A DNA stretch of 63,943 bases, the filler included, from Sandaracinaceae bacterium (GTDB lineage: Bacteria; Myxococcota_A; Polyangia; Polyangiales; JADJQN01): the NCBI GenBank assembly GCA_947483975.1. It is 9 parts of 9 records of this genome, joined end to end, with 100 filler letters (N's around TTAATTAATTAA, not from the genome) between each part and the next. Parts side by side here need not be neighbours in the genome. Positions count along the whole stretch, not along the records: positions 7,259 to 14,397 come from CANKOL010000277.1; positions 14,498 to 21,622 come from CANKOL010000278.1; 7 more parts are not named here. One strand, given 5' to 3'. The notes beneath the pieces are model-generated. The model did no database searches, was not told the origin of the DNA, and worked only from the letters and a program-made list of their open reading frames with translations. This document shows, one piece after another, positions 9,489 through 17,663 of this stretch. Positions within the stretch are counted from its first letter, which is position 1. Each line of letters opens with the position of its first letter. Made by a program: the position numbers and the translations under genes.

Positions 9489-10157
9489 ACCAGACCTGCT
9501 ACGCGCCCGAGGTCACGCTTCTCCCTTCACGAGCGAGGATGTGGCGGTCGCTGACCGCCGAGCGCGGCGACGGACCTTGCAAGGGCGCTCATCGAGAGGG
9601 TGACGAGGCGAACGGCCACGAAGGCCGCGATGTTCAGCCGTACTCTTCGTGCCGCGGTTCGCGGACGTCTTCGGCTCGTCGGCCTCATCGAACAGCGGGC
9701 CTGCTTGGGCGGAGGAGCGGGCCTCCGCAGCACCACCTCTGCGCGGAGCGGCGCGTGTTGTGCCAGGACGCCCTGAAACGTATTGAGTGACACTGTGGTC
9801 AGGTGCTCGTTGCTTCGCTCCCGCGCGCCACGGGTAGCACCGGCTGATCGAGCAGGAGCGAGTGCGCGCGGAAGTCGAGGCGCAAAGCCTGCCTCTCCTC
9901 ACGCACGCGAGGACACGGGGCCTGTCCGCGAGCCGCTCGGCGGCGTGAGCGCGGACGCCCCCGATCTCTGCGCGACAACCCCGCTCGACCGCCGCCCCGC
10001 GCGCCCCGCCGCCCTGACTCCGCCGCACACTCCAGCCTCTTACGTGACCGCCCCCAACCCGCAGCCCCTCGCGCGCCGCCCCCGGCGATGTGCGGCGGCC
10101 GCGCCAGCGCACGCTTCCTCTCGACGCACCTCTGCGACGGTTGGCGCTTCCGGAAAA

Positions 10158-10197
10158 CTCCCTCCCCCGGGGCCCGGGGGAGGGCTGGGGAGGGGGC
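10158..10197. repeat. REP-like palindromic element
   Basis: CTCCCTCCCCCGGGGCCCGGGGGAGGGCTGGGGAGGGGG; same hairpin plus G-rich tail architecture as 3290 and 57798. Confidence 0.55.
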
Positions 10198-10365
10198 TGC
10201 GCAGCCCCTCGCCAGGGCCGCCCTGAGCGAAATGTGCATTTCCCGCTGGACAAGCGCCCGCCCACTTCGCCATTTCCGCCCTCATCGCTCCCCTCCACTC
10301 AGGCGCCTGAGGACCCGAGGTCGCTCGCCCGCCTGGCTCGAGACGAGAGGTTGAGCCTCACCGCC

Positions 10366-11811
10366 TCAGGCGCGGTGTCGCAGCGTCTCGAGCTCGGCGC
10401 GCAGGGGCCCGAGCACGTCGGCCTCGAGGGCGTCGCGGTAGAGCACGTTGTAGGTGTCGAACGGGATCATCCGCTTGCCGTCGGGGTGCGCGATGTGCAC
10501 GCAGCTCTTGCGGACGCTGCGCAGATCGATGGTGTGCCGATCGAGGAACTGCATGATGACGACGCGGAAGACGCGGTCGTAGCCGAGCTGCGGCGGAGCC
10601 TCGACGCGCGGCAGGCAGCAGAGCAGATCGTGGAGCGCCGTGCTCGCGCCCTCGGGGCCGTGTCCGGTGCTGAAGGTGTGGGTCAGCGCCTCGGCGAAGC
10701 GCGCCGTCGCGAGCTTCTCTGCCTCGAAGGTGATGGTGTTGTGCACGCCGTCGAGCAGCAGCTGCGGGTCGACGTAGCGCGTCAGCGGCGTCAGCGCGCC
10801 GTCGTCGCCGCGGAGCGCGTACGCCATCGCGAGGCACTCGGCGTGACACGGCACGGGGATGATGTCGGCAGGCGCGAACACCGGGAATTGCTCGAGCACG
10901 CGGCGCCGCACCTCGGAGAGCGTCAGCCGATGCAGCTGCGCGTCGAAGTCGCCCGTGCGCCCGGCGTCTTGCACGGGCTGCAGCGTCACGCCGCGCACGC
11001 AGCGGTGCCGCGCCGCCTCGCGGAGCACGGCGCCGATCTCGTCGTCGTTGACCCCGCGCTTGACCGTCATCACGAGCGTCGTCGAGAGGTTGAGCGCGTC
11101 GAGCCGCGCGAGCGCCTGCTCGTGCACCGCGCGCAGATCCGCGCCGCGCAGGTGCATCAGCGCGTCCCGCTCGAGGGAGTCGAACTGCAGATACACCTCG
11201 AAGCGCGGCGCGTACGCCGCGAGGCGCTCTGCGAAGCCGTCCTCGGTCGCGAGGCGCACGCCGTTGGTGTTGAGCATCAGGTGCCGCACGGGGCGCGCGC
11301 GGCACGCGTCGAGGATCGCGAAGAGCTCCGGGTGCGTCGTCGGCTCGCCGCCGGAGACCTGCAGCACATCGACCTCGCCCTCGTTGGCGACGATCAGGTC
11401 GAGCATCCGCTCGAGCTGCGCGAGCGGGCGGTGCGCGGTGCGCTCGGGCCCGCTGCTCGCGTAGCAGGTCGGGCAGCGCAGGTTGCAGTGATCCGTCACC
11501 TCGAGGATCGACACGCAGCCGTGCTGCTCGTGATCGGGGCAGATGCCGCAGTCGTAAGGGCAGCCGTGCACGACGCCGGTGTTGGCGCGCTGCACCTGCT
11601 CGGGCACTTTCAAGAATTTCTCGCGCCCGAGGCGGTAGTAGTCGACGTCGTCCGAGAGCAGCACGCGCTGCACGCCGTGGCGCGGGCAGCGCTTCCACAG
11701 ATAGACCTTGCCGTCCTCGAGCTGCTCTTTGGCGTCGACGATGCGGAGGCACTCGCCGCAGAGCGCGCGAGTCGCCGAATAGAAGAGATACGGGCGCGTC
11801 GAGTGAGACAT
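10366..11811 (-). CDS. Radical SAM protein, tetraether synthase (Tes/GDGT-MAS, MJ0619)-like family
   Basis: N-terminal CxxC...CxxH, then CPYDCGICPDH, rSAM motif CNLRCPTC, SGGEPT, YLQFDS, and C-terminal SCVH...IPFDTYN. Confidence 0.8.
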   Translation of the reverse strand: MSHSTRPYLFYSATRALCGECLRIVDAKEQLEDGKVYLWKRCPRHGVQRVLLSDDVDYYRLGREKFLKVPEQVQRANTGVVHGCPYDCGICPDHEQHGCVSILEVTDHCNLRCPTCYASSGPERTAHRPLAQLERMLDLIVANEGEVDVLQVSGGEPTTHPELFAILDACRARPVRHLMLNTNGVRLATEDGFAERLAAYAPRFEVYLQFDSLERDALMHLRGADLRAVHEQALARLDALNLSTTLVMTVKRGVNDDEIGAVLREAARHRCVRGVTLQPVQDAGRTGDFDAQLHRLTLSEVRRRVLEQFPVFAPADIIPVPCHAECLAMAYALRGDDGALTPLTRYVDPQLLLDGVHNTITFEAEKLATARFAEALTHTFSTGHGPEGASTALHDLLCCLPRVEAPPQLGYDRVFRVVIMQFLDRHTIDLRSVRKSCVHIAHPDGKRMIPFDTYNVLYRDALEADVLGPLRAELETLRHRA

Positions 11812-11885
11812 CGGGCGGGACGGTAGCACCGCGTCGGCGCCCTCCGCGCCCGTCCTGCGCGCCCGCGCCCGCTGCGCCGAACGGT

Positions 11886-12134
11886 TCAGCGCGCGGCGCG
11901 CTCTGCCCTCGCCCGCTCGCGCAGCATGAAGCCGTAGAGGCTCTCGACCTTCGCGCGCGCCCATGGCGTGCGGCGCAGAAACTTCAGGCTCGACGCGACG
12001 CTCGGGTCGGACTGAAAGCAGCGGATGTCCACCTGCTGACCGAGCTCGGGCCAGCCGTAGTGCTCGACGAGCGCCGTCACGATCTGCTCGAGCGTGACGC
12101 CGTGCAGCGGGTTCTTGGGTTGCTCGGTGCTCAT
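11886..12134 (-). CDS. VF530/DUF2132-family DNA-binding protein
   Basis: NPLHGVTLE...YGW...[26 protein letters not shown]. Confidence 0.92.
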   Translation of the reverse strand: MSTEQPKNPLHGVTLEQIVTALVEHYGWPELGQQVDIRCFQSDPSVASSLKFLRRTPWARAKVESLYGFMLRERARAERAAR

Positions 12135-12201
12135 GCGGGCTCGGCGGTGCGGCAACGTAGCGCGGACCCGCGCCGCGCGTTACCGGCGGTCGCCCCGCCC
12201 G

Positions 12202-13149
12202 TCACCGCCGGTCGGGCGCGGGCAGCACCGCCTCAGCGTCGCAGCCCGCCGCGCGCAGCGTCTCGGCGCCGCGCTCCGCGTAGCCGACGTCCACGTTCAC
12301 GAGCAGCTCGCGCGGCAGGTCCGTGAGCGCCTGCTTCGCCTCCTCGAGGCCGAAGCCGAGCACCTCGCGCACGGCCTTCAGCGCGCGCACGCGATCCTCG
12401 CAGACTGCCCACAAGATGAGCTTCGCGCGACCGACGGGCCGCGCGCTCGAGCGGAGCAGCGCGAGCGGATCGACCGTGTCCCAAGGGCAGCGCTCGAGCG
12501 CGAGGTGCAGCGACATCCCGTGCCGCTCGGTCACCGCGCGCACCGCCTCGACGCCCTCGACGAGGTCCGTGAAGACGACCGAGATCGTCTTCTGCTCCCA
12601 CATCCCCGTGTGCACCGCGGGCGCCACCGCGGGCCTGTCGTCGTGCTCTGCCGGCTCGATGAGCGGCCGCAGCATCGAGAGCACGTCCGCGAGGCACGCC
12701 TCGACGCGCTCCTTCCGCCGCTCGGCGTCCCACGCGAGCAGGCAGTGGAGGTGCGTGATGAGGCGCTCGTGCGCGTGGTTGTGCTCGCCGTCCACGCGGC
12801 CGCCGCGCGCGTAGAAGAACTCGCCGAAGAGGCGCGGCAGCGTGATGGTGTAGGGCGCGTGCACGAGCACCTGCAGGCCGAGCGCGGAGACCGTCGGCGG
12901 GGGGCCGTGCTGCGGCCAGTCGTCGTCGAGCCCCGCCTTCTCGTCGTGCAGCGCGTGCGCGCGCGCGAACCGCGTGAGCGGCGCCTCGACGCTGCGGTCG
13001 TCCCGGTCGTGCCACTCGTCGTGCTCGGCGCACACCACCTTCAGGAGCGCCGCGACGTCGCGCGCCGCCTCGTCGGACTCGAAGGTGCCGACGATCGTGT
13101 AGCTGCCGCTGTTGTTGCTCGCGAACGCTCGAAAGAGGCGGATGCGCAT
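12202..13149 (-). CDS. Uncharacterised protein with N-terminal FASNNSGSY motif and C-terminal ribosomal L7/L12-like domain
   Basis: ATG 8 bp after the rSAM stop; C-terminus RVRALKAVREVLGFGLEEAKQALTDLP...AETLRAAGCDAE aligns by eye with the L7/L12 CTD. Confidence 0.8.
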   Translation of the reverse strand: MRIRLFRAFASNNSGSYTIVGTFESDEAARDVAALLKVVCAEHDEWHDRDDRSVEAPLTRFARAHALHDEKAGLDDDWPQHGPPPTVSALGLQVLVHAPYTITLPRLFGEFFYARGGRVDGEHNHAHERLITHLHCLLAWDAERRKERVEACLADVLSMLRPLIEPAEHDDRPAVAPAVHTGMWEQKTISVVFTDLVEGVEAVRAVTERHGMSLHLALERCPWDTVDPLALLRSSARPVGRAKLILWAVCEDRVRALKAVREVLGFGLEEAKQALTDLPRELLVNVDVGYAERGAETLRAAGCDAEAVLPAPDRR

Positions 13150-13157
13150 GGGGATTC

Positions 13158-14174
13158 TCAGAGGAGCGAGAGGGTCGTGTCGAGCGTCGAGAGTCCGTAG
13201 CCGACGGCGCGCGCGCAGCCCGGCTCGCGTGAGGGCGCCGCGAACGACTCGCGCTCTCGCGCGAGGAGCGAGAGCAAGTCCGCCGCGTCGACGAACGGCT
13301 GCGAGTGCTGATGAAATGAGCACGGCGACACGCGCCGCTCGCTCGAGACGCTGATGAACTCGCGCCCCGCCGCGCACGGCGTCTGACCGAAGAGCCTCGG
13401 CGCCGCCTCGAGGCGCTCGCCCCAGCAGATGTCGAGCTTGAGCGTCGCGCGTCCCTCGAGCGCGCGCGCCAGCACCGCCACGCGCTCGCCGAGGCGCTGC
13501 GCGTCATCGGGCGAGAGGTGCAGCGCGCGGTCACGCCCGTTGTACGCGAGCAGCAGCACGTCGCGCACGCCGCGCGCGACCCACTCGAGCACGCGCGCCT
13601 CGAGCGAGGCGAGGCGCTCCGGCGTGAGCAGGTAGTTCACGCCGAAGCGCGCGTGGTGCCTTTGCAGCGTGTCGACGGTGCGCGCGAGATCCACGCCGTC
13701 GTGCGCCGAGACGCGCACCTGCCCGAGGTGCGGCGCGAGCCTCGCCGCGAGCGCGTCGTCGAGCAGCGTGCCGTTCGTCGTCAGCGAGACGGCGAGGCGA
13801 GTCTCCGCCGCGAGGCGCTCGACGAGGCGCGCGAAGCCGGCGAACGCGAGCGGCTCACCGCCGCCGAAGGCGACCTCCAGCGTGCCCGCCGCGTCGAGCG
13901 CGCGGAGCAGCGCGAGCGCCGACTCGACCGTCCACTCGCTGCCTGCGCGCTCATCGCGCGAGCAGAACGCGCACGCGAGGTTGCACGCGTTCGTGATGCC
14001 GAACTGCACGACGCGCGGCACGCGCAGCCGCAGGTGCGCGGTCTCCTCGCCGTCGCACACCGCGGTCAGCCCGGTGCGCGGGTCGAACAGCAAGAGCGCG
14101 CCGTCGAGCGCGTAGCGGCGCAACCCCGCGAGCGGCGCGGGTACGCAGATGGCGTCGAGGTCCAGGCTCGTCAT
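13158..14174 (-). CDS. Radical SAM protein with twitch/SPASM-like C-terminus
   Basis: ITNACNLACAFC, AFGGGEPL, TTNG; C-terminal CAAGREFISVSSERRVSPCSF...GC. Confidence 0.9.
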   Translation of the reverse strand: MTSLDLDAICVPAPLAGLRRYALDGALLLFDPRTGLTAVCDGEETAHLRLRVPRVVQFGITNACNLACAFCSRDERAGSEWTVESALALLRALDAAGTLEVAFGGGEPLAFAGFARLVERLAAETRLAVSLTTNGTLLDDALAARLAPHLGQVRVSAHDGVDLARTVDTLQRHHARFGVNYLLTPERLASLEARVLEWVARGVRDVLLLAYNGRDRALHLSPDDAQRLGERVAVLARALEGRATLKLDICWGERLEAAPRLFGQTPCAAGREFISVSSERRVSPCSFHQHSQPFVDAADLLSLLARERESFAAPSREPGCARAVGYGLSTLDTTLSLL

Positions 14175-14245
14175 CGCGGGACCGCACTTTAGCCCCTTGG
14201 GGGAGGGGGCGACTAACACGACGCGCCCTCGCGCTAGGATGCCGT

Positions 14246-14397
14246 ATGTCCCTCGCGCGCCGTTCCTCCCGAATACTCGCTTCTCTCGTGTTCGCCGCGT
14301 CGCTCGCCGCGTGCGGAGACGACAGCAGCGCGGCGCCGGATATGGGCCGCCCGCCGCCCGACTTCGGCCCGCCCGTCGACGCCGCGCTCCCGCCGCC
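14246..14397 (+). CDS. Lipoprotein N-terminus (truncated)
   Basis: Signal peptide with LAAC lipobox. Confidence 0.5.
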
Positions 14398-14497
14398 NNN
14401 NNNNNNNNNNNNNNNNNNNNNNNNNNNNNNNNNNNNNNNNNTTAATTAATTAANNNNNNNNNNNNNNNNNNNNNNNNNNNNNNNNNNNNNNNNNNNN
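14398..14497. other. Artificial contig linker
   Basis: N-TTAATTAATTAA-N. Confidence 0.99.
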
Positions 14498-14746
14498 CGC
14501 GGCGCCCGCTGGCTCGTCGGCGCCGTCGTCGTGGACCGCGAAGGCAACGCCATCGGCCACGGCTGGGCGAGCGCCATTCAGCTACGCAGGGCGTGGCTCT
14601 GAGCGCGGTGGGGGCGCGGGGTGAGGGAGGGCGCAGCCCCGACTTTCGCAGGACAAGACGGCGCGACCGGGCGGGCGATCAGAGTCCGAAGTCACTCTCC
14701 CCGCGACCGCCTCGTCCCGTGAGAAAAGAATGGTACACCCCCGCCT

Positions 14747-15655
14747 ATGACGCGCCCCATCGCCTTGCTCCTGCTCTCGAGCGTGCTCGCCGCGTGCGCC
14801 CCCGACGACACGACCCCGGCTCCCATCGTCCTCACCGACGGGCTCGGCCGCGAGGTCACGCTGGCCGCTCCGGCGGCGCGGGTCGTGTCGCTCGCCCCGT
14901 CGAACACGGAGCTGCTGTACGAGGTCGGCGCGGGGGCGCAGGTCGTCGGCTGCGATGAGTTCAGCGACTTCCCCGCGGAGGCGAGCGCGCTGCCGCGCGT
15001 GGGCGGCTCGGCGGGCACGTACGACGCGGACGCCATCGTGGCGCTCGCGCCAAACCTCGTCTTGGCGGCTGAGATCAACACCGCCGCGCAGGTCGAGGCG
15101 CTCGAGGCGCGCGGGCTGACCGTCTTCTACCTGAGCAATCCCGATGACCTGACGGGGCTGTTCGAGAACATGCGGACGGTCGGCGCCCTCACGGGTCGGA
15201 GCGCCCAGGCGACCGCGCTGATCAGCTCCCTGACGACGCGCGTCGAGGCGATCATCGCGAAGCTGTCGATGATCACGACGCACTACAACGTCTACTACGA
15301 GCTCGACGCGACGGACCCGACGATGCCGTACACCGCCGGGCCGGGGTCGTACATCCACACGCTGCTCGAGCGCGCGGGCGACCACAACATCGGCGGCAGC
15401 TTGTCGGTGCCGTTCGGGCAGCTGTCGGCGGCAGAGATCATCGCGCAGAACCCCGACTTCATCGTCCTCGGCGACGGCGCCTACGGAGTGACCCCCGAGA
15501 GCGTCGGCGCGCGTCCAGGCTGGTCCGACCTCAACGCCGTCAGGGACGGTCACGTCGTGGTCTTCGACAACGACACCGTCAGCCGCCCGACCGCTCGCAT
15601 CGTCGACGCCATCGAGAACCTCGCGCGCCTCTTCCACCCGGAGGTCTTCCCCTGA
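14747..15655 (+). CDS. Cobalamin/Fe-siderophore ABC substrate-binding lipoprotein (BtuF-like)
   Basis: LAAC lipobox, RVVSLAPSNTELL, NPDFIVL, SRPTARIVDAIE. Confidence 0.85.
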   Translation: MTRPIALLLLSSVLAACAPDDTTPAPIVLTDGLGREVTLAAPAARVVSLAPSNTELLYEVGAGAQVVGCDEFSDFPAEASALPRVGGSAGTYDADAIVALAPNLVLAAEINTAAQVEALEARGLTVFYLSNPDDLTGLFENMRTVGALTGRSAQATALISSLTTRVEAIIAKLSMITTHYNVYYELDATDPTMPYTAGPGSYIHTLLERAGDHNIGGSLSVPFGQLSAAEIIAQNPDFIVLGDGAYGVTPESVGARPGWSDLNAVRDGHVVVFDNDTVSRPTARIVDAIENLARLFHPEVFP

Positions 15656-15721
15656 GCTCACCCGGCGCGGCTTCGGCGCGCTGCGTTTGACCCGCACCGG
15701 CGCATCCCGAACCCTCGCGCG

Positions 15722-16801
15722 ATGCGACTCTCTCCGCGCTGGCCCCTCCTCTTCTCTCTCGCGCTCGCCTCGTGCGGCACGACGAGCACCGCCGCCGATC
15801 TCGGCGCCGACGCGGGGACGGACGGTGGTAGCTCGTCCGGCGCGGAGGCGGGCGTGGACGCAGGCGCCGGCGACGCGGGGCCGTTGCCCGCGTGCGGCAG
15901 CGGCACTCCGCTCGCGCTGAGTCAGTGCGTCGAGCAGGCGCGCTACGAGGCGGACCTCGAGACGGTCGCGCTCGAGCGCCCGCCCGAGAGCGCGCACTGG
16001 CAAGCGGTGCAGGACCTCTGCGCGACGCGCCTCGAGGGGCTCGGCTTCGTGGTCGAGCGGCAGAGCTACGGCACGGGCGTCAACGTCATCGGCGTGCGCG
16101 CGGGCTCGAGCGAGCCCGACCGACAGGTGCTCGTCGCCGCGCACTACGATCACATCGCGGGCTGCGCGGGCGCCGACGACAACGCGAGCGGCGTCGCGGG
16201 CGCGCTGGAGGCGGCGCGCGTGCTCGTCGGCGCGAGCTACCCGCGCACGCTCGTCGTCGCGTGCTGGGATCAGGAGGAGCTCGGCCTCGTCGGCTCGCGC
16301 GCCTACGCGACGCGCGCCCGGGCGAACGGCGACGCGATCGACGCGTACTTCAACTTCGAGATGATCGGCTACACGGACTCGGCGCCCGACTCTCAGCGGC
16401 TGCCGGTGGGCTTCAGCCTGCTCTTTCGCGCGGCCGCGGCCGAGGACACCGCCAACCGACACCGGGGCGACTTCGTCGCCGTGATCGGCGACCCCGCGTC
16501 GAGCCCCGCGATGGCGAGCCTCGAGGCGGCCGCGGACCGGATCGGCCTGAAGTTCATCGCGCTCCCGCTGCCCGCGTCGCTGCTGACGTCTGCGGCGACG
16601 GCGGACCTCCGGCGCTCGGATCACGCGGCGTTCTGGGAGAAGAGCTACCCCGGCATGATGATCACGGACACGTCGGAGTTTCGCTACGACCGCTATCACT
16701 GCACGAACGGCCCGGACGTGCCCGCGAACCTCGACGCGCGCTTCGCCAGCCAGGTCGTGCGCATGACCGTCGCCGCAGCGGCGGAGTCGCTGGGGCTGTA
16801 G
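15722..16801 (+). CDS. M28-family metallopeptidase lipoprotein
   Basis: AHYDH, GADDNASG, EELGLVGS, RSDH motifs; lipobox. Confidence 0.9.
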   Translation: MRLSPRWPLLFSLALASCGTTSTAADLGADAGTDGGSSSGAEAGVDAGAGDAGPLPACGSGTPLALSQCVEQARYEADLETVALERPPESAHWQAVQDLCATRLEGLGFVVERQSYGTGVNVIGVRAGSSEPDRQVLVAAHYDHIAGCAGADDNASGVAGALEAARVLVGASYPRTLVVACWDQEELGLVGSRAYATRARANGDAIDAYFNFEMIGYTDSAPDSQRLPVGFSLLFRAAAAEDTANRHRGDFVAVIGDPASSPAMASLEAAADRIGLKFIALPLPASLLTSAATADLRRSDHAAFWEKSYPGMMITDTSEFRYDRYHCTNGPDVPANLDARFASQVVRMTVAAAAESLGL

Positions 16802-16877
16802 GCCGCACGGCCGCGGAGGCTCAGCAGCCCACTCGCGGCGCCGGAGTCGACTTCCGGGGCTGCGGGCTGCCGCAAGA

Positions 16878-17147
16878 GCGGTGAACGCGCCGCGTCTTTC
16901 TCTGCCCGCAGGGCAAAAAGCGGCGCGTCGCTTCGATTTTCGAGCTGCTGGCTGCCAAAAAAGCGGTGAGCGCGCCGCGTCTTTCTCTGCCCGCAGGGCA
17001 AAAAGCGGCGCGTCCCCTCGATTTTCGAGCTGCGGGCTGCAAAAAAAGCGCTGAGCGCGCCGCGTTTTTCGCTGCCCGCTGGGCAAAAAGCGGCGCGTCC
17101 CCTCGATTTTCGAGCTGCTGGCTGCCAAAAAAGCGGTGAACGCGCCG
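16878..17147. repeat. 85-bp tandem array (3 copies plus a partial) with palindromes and A/T tracts
   Basis: Units start at 16878, 16963, 17048, 17133; hairpin CGCGCCGC...TGCCC-GCA-GGGCA...GCGGCGCG. Confidence 0.9.
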
Positions 17148-17275
17148 TGCTTGCGGCAGCGGGCGGCGACCGACACCTGCGGGAGCGTGTTCGACCGGCA
17201 CGGTCGGGGTCCAGCGACGGCGCTCCATCGCGCGGTTGAACTCCCCTCCCCTCGCGCGCTAACGTCCGCGCCGAA

Positions 17276-17566
17276 ATGTCTGACCCGCACGCCGCTCCCA
17301 CCGACTCGCACGCAGAACACGCGCACGCCGCGCCGACCGTCCCGATGACCGTGAAGGATGAGGCGGGGGACACGCCCGCGTGGATCCCGATGGTCGGCCT
17401 CGTGCTGCTCGCCGTGCTCTCGTTCTTCGTCGTCTACCGCATGGCGAACCCGCACTCCGCCGCGGAAGGCGTCGCCGCAGGGCCCGATGGCGGCGTCGCG
17501 GACGGTGCCGCCGCCGAGCCCGCCGCCGAGCCCGCGGCAGCCCCCGCTCCGCAGCCCGCGCACTAG
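17276..17566 (+). CDS. Small single-pass membrane protein
   Basis: DEAGDTPAWIP followed by a TM helix and an Ala/Pro tail. Confidence 0.6.
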   Translation: MSDPHAAPTDSHAEHAHAAPTVPMTVKDEAGDTPAWIPMVGLVLLAVLSFFVVYRMANPHSAAEGVAAGPDGGVADGAAAEPAAEPAAAPAPQPAH

Positions 17567-17663
17567 CATTCTCGGGCGAGCGTCCCGCAGCTTCGTCCGC
17601 TATGGTGCGCGCCAAACAAGGCGGCGCGCCCCTCGAGACGCGCAACGCCACGAGGAGCGGACC

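Noticed and set aside
9490..10360. Genes or ncRNA in this long gap (similarly 3443-4110 and 8400-8830)
   Set aside because: No credible protein motifs or RNA family recognised; possibly decayed remnants.
12202..13149. Genuine rplL gene
   Set aside because: Far too long, lacks the L12 N-terminal dimerisation domain and is not in the rplJ/rpoB context.
14585..14746. Cobalamin riboswitch upstream of the BtuF-like gene
   Set aside because: No recognisable B12-box or GGGAA/GCCACTG elements.
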